The position numbers were made by a program, and so were the translations under genes. From a virus (Duplodnaviria; Caudoviricetes): DNA of 64,000 nt. The notes beneath the pieces are model-generated. The model was given only the letters and a program-made list of their open reading frames with translations, was not told the origin of the DNA and searched no databases. The first letter of the stretch is position 1, and each line of letters starts with the position of its first letter. The stretch is from positions 30,122 to 94,121 of the IMG/VR virus record IMGVR_UViG_3300021255_002723, one strand, 5' to 3'. This document shows, in pieces, positions 10,622-22,500 of the stretch.

Positions 10622-12652
10622 TTATTTTTCATCAACGAATTTGCTCAACGCATCTATCATTCTGTCAAACTCTTCATTGATTAGCAATGACTCGCTGTCA
10701 TAAATGTCAGCCCTCTTGTATTCCGTTTCTTTCGGAGTCGTTTTATGTTCAGTCAATACATCCATGTACTGTTTGAAAAAGTTTTCAGTTATTAGTGGTT
10801 TGTTCTTGCTTACAGACTCCATCGGTGCGTTAGGGTCATTTCCCATATCGGCTGTTGGCATTGAGCCTTCTGTGCCAGCGATGTCTCCTGTATCGTCACT
10901 TCCTGGAGAGCCAAGTCCATCGAGTTCACCTCCTGCGTCCATTGGTGGTGGAGCACCGCCTCCTGGCATGCCTCCTGCCATGCCACCTCCGCCCATTCCA
11001 CCGTCAGCACCCATGCCGCCTTGTCCTTGCTGGTCATCCATATACTCAGCTCCAGGCTCTCCATAGATTCTATCAACGGTGTCGAAGATACCAGTCTTCT
11101 TGATAATTTGAGTAGTCTTTTCAAGTTCAGCAGCGATACCCTTCTCAAGACGTATCTCTTCAAGGTTCTCCTTAATTTCTTTCTCAGACCATTTCATAAT
11201 CTGCTTCAATGCACGAGTCTGTGACATAACTGGTAGACCATTACCTGGGTCTGACACAGCGTCTCTAACGGCATCAATCTTCTTCTGCATGTTTTCAATC
11301 TCAAGTTGTTCTGCTTGTGTTGATGGGTTATTCATTGACAACGTGAAGTTGGTCAATTCATCATTGAAGCCTAACAAGAACAAGTGTATTGATGCAACCT
11401 TAGTCAATTCCATCAAGAACGCTTGCTGTATTCTGTTCACCGTTCTAGTGAAACGAATGTCCATAAGTGCTAGGTTTTTACCTTCACCAACACCCTCTTC
11501 AAAGTTCAAGAATGACTTAGGAATTCTAAGCGCTGTTAACACCTTATTCTGTACGAACTTGATGTCATCCAATGCCGTCATGTTCTGAGCAGCAGAAAGC
11601 GTGTCAATAGGTGTTGGCGCATTTTCATCACGAACAGGTATGAAAATATCTTGGTCAACTGATAATATGTTCTTACGAAGGTCAACTTGACCAGTCATTG
11701 GGTCGATAATTGGAGTTCTCTTAAATTCATTTGCTATTCTTTCAACGTATGCCCCCACATCAGCATCGTCAATAGCACCAACAAATATCTTATATACACG
11801 CCTTTCAATAGAACGCTCAAGACGATAAATAAGCATCATGTCTTCCATCAAGGAAAGCATACGCCAGTGTCTACGAGCAGCGTTGAGGTAACTCACTCCA
11901 TAAGGAAGGTATAGTGAATTGGTAAGCAAACGGAAATGAGCAATCTGCCAGTCACGGAATGGGATTTGAGATTGATTATCATCCAACCAAATGAATTGGG
12001 TTGACATATCGGCATCATCTTTTGTTATGCCGTTAACTGCTATTGAAGCACCTGCTCCATAAGGATTTTGTATTCCGTTTTCAATTCTCTCCACATTAAA
12101 CACTGGAAGCTGTTTCCAACTTTTAACACCATTCTTATGGTCAATGTCCAATAACATAAACTGATTACCATACTTACACATCGCACGTATAATCATTTGA
12201 CCAGTAAGCTGAATATTAAGTCTGTTTACAAACAAATCCTCCAATATGTTTTTAATACGGTCTGATTTTGAATAAACATTAACGACCATACCCTTATCGT
12301 TGGTTATGGTACTCTCTTCAGAAACAATATCCAATGCTGCACCTATCTCTGGAAATGCATCCATCAAGTCAGCATCACGATACATAAGTTTAACGTTGTT
12401 CAGACCAGCATATGCAGTAACGGATAGATTAACGTTTGCCTTAATCCATCTGTTTTTTAAAAACTTATCTTGTTGAAGCTCTAGCTTTTTTTCAATGTAA
12501 TCCTCTTTGTCAGTTGTCTTATACAAGACTTCTTTGTCAGTATGGCTCATGTCATATGTATTGACATGAGGAGTGACAATATCTTGCGGATTCCATTGAC
12601 CTCTTATGGCTTTATCTAGGGCTTGAAATACTGTTGTACTTTTCTTTGCCAT
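10622..12652 (-). CDS. Portal protein, T4 gp20-like
   Basis: LMEDMMLIYRLERSIERRVYKI, IFIPVR and ALRIPKSFL motifs; Gly/Met/Pro-rich tail. Confidence 0.93.
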   Translation of the reverse strand: MAKKSTTVFQALDKAIRGQWNPQDIVTPHVNTYDMSHTDKEVLYKTTDKEDYIEKKLELQQDKFLKNRWIKANVNLSVTAYAGLNNVKLMYRDADLMDAFPEIGAALDIVSEESTITNDKGMVVNVYSKSDRIKNILEDLFVNRLNIQLTGQMIIRAMCKYGNQFMLLDIDHKNGVKSWKQLPVFNVERIENGIQNPYGAGASIAVNGITKDDADMSTQFIWLDDNQSQIPFRDWQIAHFRLLTNSLYLPYGVSYLNAARRHWRMLSLMEDMMLIYRLERSIERRVYKIFVGAIDDADVGAYVERIANEFKRTPIIDPMTGQVDLRKNILSVDQDIFIPVRDENAPTPIDTLSAAQNMTALDDIKFVQNKVLTALRIPKSFLNFEEGVGEGKNLALMDIRFTRTVNRIQQAFLMELTKVASIHLFLLGFNDELTNFTLSMNNPSTQAEQLEIENMQKKIDAVRDAVSDPGNGLPVMSQTRALKQIMKWSEKEIKENLEEIRLEKGIAAELEKTTQIIKKTGIFDTVDRIYGEPGAEYMDDQQGQGGMGADGGMGGGGMAGGMPGGGAPPPMDAGGELDGLGSPGSDDTGDIAGTEGSMPTADMGNDPNAPMESVSKNKPLITENFFKQYMDVLTEHKTTPKETEYKRADIYDSESLLINEEFDRMIDALSKFVDEK

Positions 12653-12705
12653 TATAAACCTTTTCTATAAAAAATAATTATTTTTATATAAATATCAAGA
12701 CTATC

Positions 12706-14583
12706 TTATTTAACTCCACCCATAAGCCACATATACGTTCCATTTGGAACATTATCATATTTATGTAGATTTTTTCCTGAATAGAATGGCAAACCAACAG
12801 AAGGTGAAATAGCAGAGCCATAATTGATTCTAGGCTTGTTCATCCTAATTGCATTTGTCATCATATAGGCATTAAGAATTGATTTGTCTTTGTTTACAGT
12901 ATTCTGTATTCTATTGACAGTAAACTGCATTACAAACAATCCCATTGCCAACGCAGTAAGGGTATCGTCATGCGCACCGTCTTGGTGGTCTATTCTAGCA
13001 TTTTCACCCTTGAATATCCATGTCTCCAATTCGTTGATAACCCTAGCAGAACGAATCTTAAACTCATCGTTACGAACAAGTCCTGCAAAGTTAGCCAATA
13101 CTGGATAACGGTTTCCTTGGAAATGGAAACCAGGAAGTTTATCCGTATATCCGTCATAGTTTTTAGTTGACCTCTGTACTGTATATGTCTTTTGATTTGA
13201 ATCTTCATAGTAAAGGTTTTTGTACCCCATTTGAAGCATCGTCAATATACAAGCATCACCTTGACCACCAGTACAGTCAACGACAACAAACGCATCATTG
13301 TACAACGTGCCATACTGATAGCACAGCGCACCGATGTCATCACCTAGCTTTTTACCAACATATTCCGCAACTTGTTCTATGATAGGCATTCCGTTTTCAT
13401 CCCTACCGTCCATATCAATTATCTCTATGGCAGTTCTATCGGCTGATACACCTCTAGATGGGTCGCAAGCTAGAATGTATCTATGCCCTTCAATTGGTTT
13501 CTTCCAAAACCAAGTCTCTTCAACCAATGGGTCAGCGAAATCCTCAAGCGGTTCTCTGTTGTTAAGCTTCTCTTGCATTTCAATAAACTCTGGAGCAACA
13601 ACGTTGTCAGCAGAACCCATGAACGATACGTCTAGCTCTTGGGCTATTTTCATTGAGTCGTTATTGAACGACTTACACATATCTTCATACCAAGGTGCTG
13701 TAGGCTTCCATCCCTTATGCTCTAATTCTGCCCACCTTTCCTCATCATACTTAACGCTACCCTCATCATCTATGATTGGGTCTTGGTCGTACATCCATTC
13801 ACCTGTGTCTTCATTTTTCTTTTTCCACACAAGGAACTTGTTGAATCGTGGGTCTTGATACCAACGGAACTGAACAGCAACAAAGTTGTTTTCACGGCTT
13901 AAGGCTTGTCTGTATGTGTTGTAATACAACTCATCCCTACCATTAGGCGTAGACACCATCACAGTCTTGGAATTTGGGTTTGAGGCCATTGTAGCGGCAG
14001 CAGTGGTAAATACTGCCACACCCTCTTCAATGAACGCAGCCTCGTCCAATATAAGCACAGATACAGCAGAAATACCACGAGCAGCATTAGGACCGCTAGC
14101 ACGTGCAATCACTCTGCAACCGTTGAAAAGTTTTAACTCGCCTTTTGCGTCTTTAACGAATATTGATTTTATGTTTTTTTCTGAATTTGGGTCAGGACTA
14201 AAATACTCACTTCCCCAAATCCATCTTGGAACTTGCTCAAGAAAATCACGGATTTTAATAATAATTTCTTGTGCTTGTTCAAGTTTGTTTGCAATACACA
14301 ACACAGTCTCTGGGGAATCTTTTGATGCAAATGCGCACTGAGCAGTTACCCACGCGCTTGATAATGTTGTGATACCACACTGTCTAGGTTTAATTGCAAC
14401 CACATTTCTGTTTTCAGCCAATGCCCTCAAGAAAGCCCTCTGTCTAGGGAAACAGTGGAATTGGGTCTTCTTACCTTTAATTGCATTGAAAGTAGATAGG
14501 TATTTTTCAATGAACGCTATCCTAGATTTGTCAGCATAGCACATTGCATAGTCTTGCTGGATTTGTTTGTAATCGTATATCAT
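12706..14583 (-). CDS. terL: Terminase large subunit, T4 gp17-like
   Basis: KPRQCGITT Walker A, LILDEAAF Walker B, STPNG, nuclease ACDPSRG and HDD. Confidence 0.95.
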   Translation of the reverse strand: MIYDYKQIQQDYAMCYADKSRIAFIEKYLSTFNAIKGKKTQFHCFPRQRAFLRALAENRNVVAIKPRQCGITTLSSAWVTAQCAFASKDSPETVLCIANKLEQAQEIIIKIRDFLEQVPRWIWGSEYFSPDPNSEKNIKSIFVKDAKGELKLFNGCRVIARASGPNAARGISAVSVLILDEAAFIEEGVAVFTTAAATMASNPNSKTVMVSTPNGRDELYYNTYRQALSRENNFVAVQFRWYQDPRFNKFLVWKKKNEDTGEWMYDQDPIIDDEGSVKYDEERWAELEHKGWKPTAPWYEDMCKSFNNDSMKIAQELDVSFMGSADNVVAPEFIEMQEKLNNREPLEDFADPLVEETWFWKKPIEGHRYILACDPSRGVSADRTAIEIIDMDGRDENGMPIIEQVAEYVGKKLGDDIGALCYQYGTLYNDAFVVVDCTGGQGDACILTMLQMGYKNLYYEDSNQKTYTVQRSTKNYDGYTDKLPGFHFQGNRYPVLANFAGLVRNDEFKIRSARVINELETWIFKGENARIDHQDGAHDDTLTALAMGLFVMQFTVNRIQNTVNKDKSILNAYMMTNAIRMNKPRINYGSAISPSVGLPFYSGKNLHKYDNVPNGTYMWLMGGVK

Positions 14584-14665
14584 AATTGAAACTTTCTAAA
14601 TTTTAATAAATATAGCGTAACTTTCAAAAGTTATTCATTTATAAATATTTACGAATAAAAAAAAG

Positions 14666-14758
14666 AGCGAATCAGAAAGATTCGCCCATATGTTCGACAA
14701 GTCGATTGGACTTGTTCGTAAATGGTCTGAAATTAGGGTAGGTTTGATTGATGTGTAA
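14666..14758 (+). pseudogene. 3' fragment of IS1595-type transposase
   Basis: Encodes SESERFAHMFDKSIGLVRKWSEIRVGLIDV*, nearly identical to the end of ORF 28404-28613. Confidence 0.85.
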
Positions 14759-14762
14759 TGCA

Positions 14763-15086
14763 TTAACCTTCCATTCCCAAAAACTGGCCACCTTCATCAT
14801 ATTTTTCAAAATTGTTAGTGACCTTTGCGACACTTCTAACCGTTACTAATATTCCTTTAAAATTCAAGTCAATTAATCCTTCTCCTTCACTACCATTTAA
14901 AGCACCAAAAGAAAAACGGTTATCCATATATGGTAGTTTTTTAACATCTTCAAAATCCATACCATCTATTATTTGCTTTGCTTCCATATAGTCTTCGTTA
15001 TGGCCTTCTTTCAATACTCTATTTACAGACTCCTTCACAATTCTATGAAGTTCACTTTCTGTTAATCTAATCAATTTTTTATTCAT
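14763..15086 (-). CDS. Leader-bearing protein (putative internal head protein)
   Basis: MNKKLIRLTESELHRIVKESVNRVLKE; late motif at 15102-15110. Confidence 0.75.
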   Translation of the reverse strand: MNKKLIRLTESELHRIVKESVNRVLKEGHNEDYMEAKQIIDGMDFEDVKKLPYMDNRFSFGALNGSEGEGLIDLNFKGILVTVRSVAKVTNNFEKYDEGGQFLGMEG

Positions 15087-15139
15087 TGTTGTATATTTTT
15101 TTATAAATATTAATTAAAAAGCAAAAATTTGATATTTGC

Positions 15140-16666
15140 TTATATGATGTTCAAATCATATTCAATTTCATCAGTTTCCTCTTCTGTCATTGCTTCAATG
15201 TTAACTATTGGGTCTAAATATCGCAAGCCCAAACAATATGCATTGTTAAAACGCTTGCTATGATGTTCAGTACAATTTTCACTGTTCAATTTATTTCTAT
15301 CTATAGTTACCCTATACACGCAAGGCCAATCATTATTAAAGGCATAATCTAACGCCATTGTTTTGGAATCTGTTAGCCAATATGTGCCATACATTTGAGG
15401 GTCTTCGTTTTTATTCCCACCATGATACAGAATTATTGTGCTAGCATCTTCATCTTCTTCAATTACATCACCATCACCTTCCTCTGAATCTAGTTCATAT
15501 CCATTGGTTTCAGCACCAGTGAAATATGAGTCCTTAATTAAAGATTTGTCAACATTTCTAGCATTTATTCTATTTGTAAACTGTTGGTATCCGTTGTCAT
15601 ATTCGGCTTCCTTCATCAGTTCTCCGATTATTTCGTTTCCCTTTTCAGTTGATGCTAGTATTTCCTTAACCACATCGTTGAACTCATCTATGGAAATCCT
15701 GACAAATGACGTGAACATATAAGGAATCATGTTGGTGTCTTCAACCCTTCCGAAAATCATATCCCAAAGGCCAACGCCAAGCCTTAAATCCCAAGGCTCT
15801 GCAAGCACGAAATCAGCTTTCTTTATGACATGCATTGCATTTTTCTTATCCTTTGGAAGTCCATGTGATGAGAACAATTCAAACATACCTCTTATTGCCT
15901 CTTGGAACAACAAAGGAAATATAATACCTTGAACCTTTATTGTTGTTTTTGAATCACCGACACCCAAATGTGTCTCAACGTAAGAACCTTGCATTGGCTT
16001 GTCATCTGTCATTTTTTCCTTTTTAATGAAAAGCAAATAGTCATTGATTATCCTTATTCTTCTGTACAATCTAGGAAGTTCAGGATTTATCCTATCAATG
16101 TCGCTGATATAAAGTCCTTCAACCTTTGCATATGTGTATGAAGCACCTTGTATTAAAGCATCTATAAATCTTCTCTTTTCAATTGCCTTATTTGAAAACT
16201 CTATATCCTTTATGTCCTTAAACGTGTGGTTTAAATCCACATTTGACTCTGGTCTCAATCTAATTGCGCTCTTAAACTTAATTCTGTCAACCAACTTAAA
16301 AATCAAGTTAATACTTTCCTCTGGAATTGCAAACAACTTGTTCAATGCGTTTTCGCATATCTTCTCCAACGAATCCCTAACAGGCATTTCCAATTCTTTT
16401 GCCCTTTTCAGAAGTTCGCTAAGTTCAGTCATAAGCTCATCCTCAGTACAAGACCCCAATCCGATAGCCTCAATTTCATCGCACACCTCATTATACCTTG
16501 TTTTCAACAAAGTATAATCAAACGGATAGTCACCAACATTAGGAAACGCACCATTATCGCCTAATGACGTACAGTGGGTTTTAACCATCTTATACAAAAA
16601 CCTAGGCAATAGTCTTCCGTTTATAACACTAGATACAGAATTTTCGTTTATGTATATTTTTTTCAT
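15140..16666 (-). CDS. Head-module protein with C-terminal ADP-ribosyltransferase-like domain
   Basis: Leader MKKIYINE; after an acidic linker comes ILYHGG...YWLTDSKTMALDYA...VYRVTI. Confidence 0.55.
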   Translation of the reverse strand: MKKIYINENSVSSVINGRLLPRFLYKMVKTHCTSLGDNGAFPNVGDYPFDYTLLKTRYNEVCDEIEAIGLGSCTEDELMTELSELLKRAKELEMPVRDSLEKICENALNKLFAIPEESINLIFKLVDRIKFKSAIRLRPESNVDLNHTFKDIKDIEFSNKAIEKRRFIDALIQGASYTYAKVEGLYISDIDRINPELPRLYRRIRIINDYLLFIKKEKMTDDKPMQGSYVETHLGVGDSKTTIKVQGIIFPLLFQEAIRGMFELFSSHGLPKDKKNAMHVIKKADFVLAEPWDLRLGVGLWDMIFGRVEDTNMIPYMFTSFVRISIDEFNDVVKEILASTEKGNEIIGELMKEAEYDNGYQQFTNRINARNVDKSLIKDSYFTGAETNGYELDSEEGDGDVIEEDEDASTIILYHGGNKNEDPQMYGTYWLTDSKTMALDYAFNNDWPCVYRVTIDRNKLNSENCTEHHSKRFNNAYCLGLRYLDPIVNIEAMTEEETDEIEYDLNII

Positions 16667-17148
16667 TATAAGCTATTTAAAAACTTGCTTAATTCTTTTT
16701 TTGTGAAAGGAATGGAATTCCTTCTCATTTCATCCATAACCTTTCTAGGCGCAACTGAATTTGTTTCCAAAGAACTAGAATCTGAAGAAGTGTTGGACGT
16801 TGCTGGTGTTAAATCTACTGACATGTCATCATTTTCAGGTTTACTAGCCAAATTTTGAACTCTACTTATTTGCGCACCTGTAGCATTAGCTGGTAAGCTA
16901 ACTTTTAAACCTTCACCAGTATTTGAGTCATTTTGATTATCCATTTGACCCAATTGATTTTGAACAAGTTTTGTGTTAGGATTCTGGTTCATTATTTTAG
17001 ACCCTTGAGCAACAAATTGTCTGATATTTTTAGCATTTGGCGCAGTGGCAACAAAACCTTCTTCGTTTAGCCTTAACTGGCTTTTTGAATAAATTCTACC
17101 TTCACCAAGGTTTACCAATTTATTATTTCTTTTAACCAATATTTTCAT
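16666..17148 (-). CDS. Hypothetical late protein
   Basis: 160-aa ORF with late motif at 17163-17172. Confidence 0.65.
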   Translation of the reverse strand: MKILVKRNNKLVNLGEGRIYSKSQLRLNEEGFVATAPNAKNIRQFVAQGSKIMNQNPNTKLVQNQLGQMDNQNDSNTGEGLKVSLPANATGAQISRVQNLASKPENDDMSVDLTPATSNTSSDSSSLETNSVAPRKVMDEMRRNSIPFTKKELSKFLNSL

Positions 17149-17220
17149 ATTACAAATTTTATATATAAATATTTAGACAAAATAAAAAAGGGATACTTCT
17201 AAGTACCCCTTTTGTTTATT

Positions 17221-17759
17221 TTAGAATGGAGATATAAATGGACTCACCATGTCTCTGTATGCCCTAGGCAACTTTTTCTGTGGCCTTGTTGTGCCTACCC
17301 TATCATCTAGCACATCATTTATCGTTTCATCAATAATTGATTTCATATTTACTCTAGATTCCATTGGCATATCACCTTGTGGCATTTCACCACCTTCTGA
17401 ATCATCTGCCATGCTTTTTGCATACTTTGTCACAGCTGCCTTGTCTTCAATTGAAAGTCCGTTGATGATACCCATTAGTTCATCATCTTCACCTCCCATT
17501 GGCTCTTCACCTCCCATTGGAGGTTCTTCACCCATTGCGTCAGGGTCTTCTCCACCCATATCGTCTGGAGCACCACCCATAGGGTCAGCCATTTGGTCTT
17601 CTCCACCCATGTCATCAGCTCCCATTGGTGGCATTGGAGCATTATCTAAATCACCCATGCCATCCACATCGCCACCTAGGGTGCTGTCAGGTATTTCAAG
17701 TTTCGTTGGCCTTTCTTCAAAAAAAGCTTCCGTTAACTTACTTGTTTCTTTTTTTTTTA
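17221..17759 (-). CDS. Frameshifted C-terminal extension of the 17738-19453 acidic protein
   Basis: The +1 frame after the A10 run continues ETSKLTEAFFEE... with the same G/D/E/M/P low-complexity style. Confidence 0.6.
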
Positions 17760-19453
17760 AGACGGTCAAATGCTTCAGCAATTGCATTGTCAATTGAATC
17801 TGGGTCAATTTCGAATGGAGCACCATCACCAATTCTCTCACCGTAAGGCATATCGTTCTTAACAGAATCATCATTCATGTCATAATAATCTGGGAACTCT
17901 TGCAAATCCTTTGGAGGCAATGTCATCACTGTCTTCTGATATGCTGGGTGCTTTCCGAAATCATCCAACTTGTTCATGTTTCCTTGTGGAACACGACCTG
18001 CATCCTTAAATGGAGTCATACCCTCTTCGTTCATTCTTTGCTTGCGCATTGCATTTCTAAATGCTCTCGTCTCGAAAATCTGAACACCATTTCTGCGTCT
18101 GCTTTCCATTGGCATTTCATCATCATCCATTTCATCATCTGGACCGAATCCTTCCTCGTCATCCATTGGCTCTTCATCATCGAACTCACCCTCTTCTTCA
18201 TCACCGAATAGGTCATCATCATCATATTCGGCATCATCAACTGGAGCATCTTCAACACCAAGCTTTGCAGCGATTTGTGTCAAAAGGTCTTCAATTGCCT
18301 CAACACGTGACTCAAGGTCATCTTCATAGATGTCATCATCTTCAACTTCCTCATCACCGAACTCATCATCTGCTGGTTCTTCATCGCCAAGGTCATCACC
18401 CATTGCATCAGCATCAATTGGCTCACCTTCGCCTATGCCATCGCCCATTTCGTCACCTACTGGCTCGCCATCGCCCATGTCATCGCCAAGGTCATCATCT
18501 GCTCCGAAATCATCAATAGCTTCGTCCAATTGCTTGCCCTTCTCAGCATCAAATGGTTTGTTGTTGTCATCAGATGGACCTTCACCTACGCCAACTGCTG
18601 GCTTATTCTGGTCATCAGTATCGTGCATTGAAGTTCCATGATTCTCTACAACACCGTTCTTCATTTCACCAGTCTTGGTTACTTTCTTGTCACCGTCATC
18701 GATGTTTCTTGCGGTTGCATCATCGAAAGGTGCACTGTCACCAATTTCAGTTCCATGAGACTTATCCATATAATCCTTATCGTTACGATTCCAACCAAGA
18801 ACCTTCTCGCTTGTTTCCTTAACAACTGACTCGCCTAGGCCTGAGCCACTTGGAAGAGTTGCATTAGTATAACCAGCATTAGCTGTTTCTGCATTTCCGC
18901 ACTCATCTACTTCACTAGAGATATTAGGTTTTTGTGTATCAGCACATTCTTTATCGACCTTATCGCAGCAAACACCATTTGCACAGTCCTTACCTTTCTT
19001 CTCTGCAATTATCATTGCATTCTTCATAATCTGGCGTTCACGAAGGATTTCTTTCTTCATTTTGTCAGTTGCTTCAATGACAACATTTTCCTTTTTGTCC
19101 AAATCCCAAGAATTGATGTTGAAGTCAGTCTTGCTAGCAGCCTCCTTCAAAGACATCATCTTTAGGTCAAACTGCTTCTGAGCGTTTGCGAAAGAAGTAT
19201 ACTCATTGTCTTTTCTATTTCTGAATCCTCCAATGTAATTGAAGTCTTCCTTTACTAGGTTTTGCTTGTTAGGAGCAGACTTGATGTAGTATTTTGCACC
19301 CTCGCGGATAATGGCATATACTTTTCCATCAGCAGCAAGCTTCTGGTTCTCTACAGAACTGTAAGGAGCTTTTTTGTTTTCAGTCTGAAGACCATAACCC
19401 ATTAAAGTCTTCATTCTTGCCAACTGCTCGTTTGTATTCATTTTATTGTTCAT
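17738..19453 (-). CDS. Acidic prohead core/scaffold-like protein
   Basis: Very acidic; shares the motif KPF.x.KGKQL.E with the 3523-5040 protein. Confidence 0.65.
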   Translation of the reverse strand: MNNKMNTNEQLARMKTLMGYGLQTENKKAPYSSVENQKLAADGKVYAIIREGAKYYIKSAPNKQNLVKEDFNYIGGFRNRKDNEYTSFANAQKQFDLKMMSLKEAASKTDFNINSWDLDKKENVVIEATDKMKKEILRERQIMKNAMIIAEKKGKDCANGVCCDKVDKECADTQKPNISSEVDECGNAETANAGYTNATLPSGSGLGESVVKETSEKVLGWNRNDKDYMDKSHGTEIGDSAPFDDATARNIDDGDKKVTKTGEMKNGVVENHGTSMHDTDDQNKPAVGVGEGPSDDNNKPFDAEKGKQLDEAIDDFGADDDLGDDMGDGEPVGDEMGDGIGEGEPIDADAMGDDLGDEEPADDEFGDEEVEDDDIYEDDLESRVEAIEDLLTQIAAKLGVEDAPVDDAEYDDDDLFGDEEEGEFDDEEPMDDEEGFGPDDEMDDDEMPMESRRRNGVQIFETRAFRNAMRKQRMNEEGMTPFKDAGRVPQGNMNKLDDFGKHPAYQKTVMTLPPKDLQEFPDYYDMNDDSVKNDMPYGERIGDGAPFEIDPDSIDNAIAEAFDRLKKKRNK

Positions 19454-19526
19454 AATTAATATATTAATTTTTTTTCAAACTTATTTTTAATATAAATATT
19501 TCGTACTAATGAAAAATACTTTATAC

Positions 19527-22500
19527 TTAATAATTTCTAACGTCATCATAAGTGCCCCTTACATTATCAAAGCCCCTATTATCGAATTGTATGTTTCTTC
19601 TGATGTTTGGAGTAAACTTGTCTAACGCCCTAATATATACAACACTCTTAGGCTTCATCTCAATTTCATCCCATTGGACGCATAGGCAATAATTATACCC
19701 TATAAGGTTTGATAGCCAAGTGTCCGTAAAGCACTTATAAAGCTTTCCTTGCTTGTTATCTTCCTTCGACTGCATTACTACACCATTGTTACATATAAAG
19801 TCCTTCAGAACCTTTCTTTCGGTTTCCCAACGCTTTTTATATGGGTTTGAATTACTGCTGCCGTCTAATGCAAACTCTTCCTTTAGAACCGTAATATATT
19901 TCTTTACAGATTCATCAACGTGAATGTTTTTTTCCTTAAACCACTCAATGTTTTTTTGCATATATTTCGCAATTAATGCTTCTTTGTCTTTAACAATAGA
20001 ATGATTAAGCAATTCAAAATTAAACAATACGTATTCAGTATCAAACTCAAAACCATCAATACCTAATGATAGGTATAATTTTGACAACTGTTTATCAGGG
20101 TTTCTATCCGAATACCACAACAAAGGTATGTGGTTATTTAAATAGAAATAAGTTAAATCATTTTCATCACTTTCCGAAATAACTTGAATAATGGCATTTA
20201 GTAAATCTTTGTCAACCGTATTATCATATTCTTCAATCATTGAAGAAATTCTGTCATATTCTCTGTTGTTTCTTGCATTATCAAGTTTATTTTGTAACAA
20301 ATAATATTCTTTTTGTTTGTCCAAGAAAATATTATTGTCTTTGTTAATCTTATCCCTTAAATTAATAATATTAAAACCATTTATATTTGCTATTATATAA
20401 TGTCCATCTGTATAAGTGGTATATTTTTCGCATTTATATGCGTGGGCTGTAAAATATATTCCATAGCCGTATGTTCCTCTGCTTCCACCTTTTATCTTTG
20501 TTGGGTCAACAGTATCCCACTCTGTTCCATTTCCATCTTCTCCTGTGCCATGAAAAACATATCCATCTTCTGCCATTTCGCCAATAACCTTATATCTAGC
20601 CATTTGGTTATTCCTGAAAATGTCGTATCTAGCACCTTCCGTTACAGACTCTGTAATTGAATTCGTCTTGTCATAAACAGCATTCGAAAGCTTCCAAAGA
20701 CGGTCAAGATAGCCTGTTCTTCTCAGTATCTTATACACAATGTTTCCGCTTCCGCTTTCGCCATGCTTCTCAAGACTGCTCTTGCGCATTTCCTTTACCT
20801 TTTTCCAAAGATAATCTGCATCATCACCCATCTGTTCTATTTCATAAGAATCATCCGTAGCTGCAAGAGCGTCATACATATCGTCAATGATTGTCATGAT
20901 TTTTGCTGCCTTGTCCTTAATTGAAAACTTGTTCAACCTTATTGGTTTAATATCATTAGGATTTGGCTCTTTTATCCAATCATTTTCCTCCAAGTCATAA
21001 ATGCCATTTGATTCTGGCATTTCACCCAAATTCTGAACATAAAGCTCAACTTGGTATCCCATTATCTGAAGACCTTTATGCTCGTTGTTCCACTCATTCT
21101 TCTTTGCATCTAAATAATCATGGACAAACTCTGTCTTTTCATCAATTTCATTGAAATCAACAATAAGATGTAAATCAATGTCAGAATATTGAGACCAATT
21201 GAAATTACAGATTGAACCTGTTAATATTATACCACTAGGCTCAACCCAAGTCAAGTTTACATATTTCCAAAAATCGTCTGCAATGTCTAATAGTTTAAGC
21301 CTAATTCTTGAATCTAGCTTGCCATCTGGTTTCCATATATTTGGAACTAATTCATGTTTTTTCTTGAATGAAGATAAATCTATTTCAGAACTATCTACCT
21401 CAAAATCAAAATTCTCTTTAATTATTTTTAGTTGGTTTTCAGAAACTACTATTTTCTTATTTTTATTCTTTGACTCAATTAACGATAAATTACCGCTAGT
21501 GTCAAGTTTATATACATTACCATTAAGTTGAACCACAGCAAAACCTTCACGGAAATTACCAACATAATCAAACCATTGGTTGCTCAACAATCTACCTTCT
21601 TGGTTGATGAAATTCCACTTGTTATTAAGACTAACCTTAGCAAAACCTTCACGGAAATTACTGATAAAATCAAACCATTGGTCACTTAAAAGCCTACCTT
21701 CTTGATTGATGAAATTCCATTTGCCATTAAGTTCGACACTAGCAAAACCTTCACGGAAATTACCAACATAATCAAACCATTGGTTGCTCAACAATCTACC
21801 TTCTTGGTTGATGAAATTCCACTTGTTATTAAGACTAACCCTAGTAAAACCTTCGCTGAAATTACCAACAGTATCAAACCATTGGTTACTCAACAATCTA
21901 CCTTCTTGATTGATGAAATTCCATTTGCCATTAAGTTCGACACTAGCAAAACCTTCACTGAAATAACCAACATAGTCAAATACATCGTGTATATCTTCTC
22001 CATTAGCAAGACGTTGCATAACATTGGCTATAAGTTCATTCCACTTATTGTTTGGCTTAAACGCCTCAAAGAAATTCATACCAATTACTTGACTCACTTC
22101 CTTTGCATTCATAATACTGTCATCACCACCATTATCGTGATTCCAACGACAAGTGCAAGTGTTTAACATGCCATTTTCATTAACGCTTACGGCTATCATA
22201 GACAAGCCGTACTCATCCAATGGACAACCTTCAGATGGTGCTTCCTCAACATTCTCAAAACCATTTCTTAAGCAAAAATAAAATTGGTTGATACCGTCAC
22301 TAGTGTATGAATTAAACATATTATTATCGTGCGTTACACACCAAGATACGTAATCACCGTATTCCTCTGCTTGTTCAAAAGAGTCAATTCTAACAATCTC
22401 ATAATCAGAAGGGGTGTTAAACGCCATCTTGCCAATTTCAGCCTTCTCAGCCTCAAGATTGTCACTCATTGCTTTTGCAAACCTTTGAATAAGTTCTTGA

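Noticed and set aside
12706-14583. Intein or intron in terminase (also checked by eye: thyA, Clp ATPase, helicases)
   Set aside because: Motif spacing is continuous and no splice or intein motifs were seen; the thyA insertions are short and in frame
20501-20510. ttgggtcaac match to the element TIR
   Set aside because: Only 10 bp, inside an intact ORF, with no partner end or target duplication
21536-21990. CRISPR array or DGR template/variable repeats
   Set aside because: These are in-frame 102-bp protein repeats with no unique spacers, and no reverse transcriptase or cas gene is present in the window
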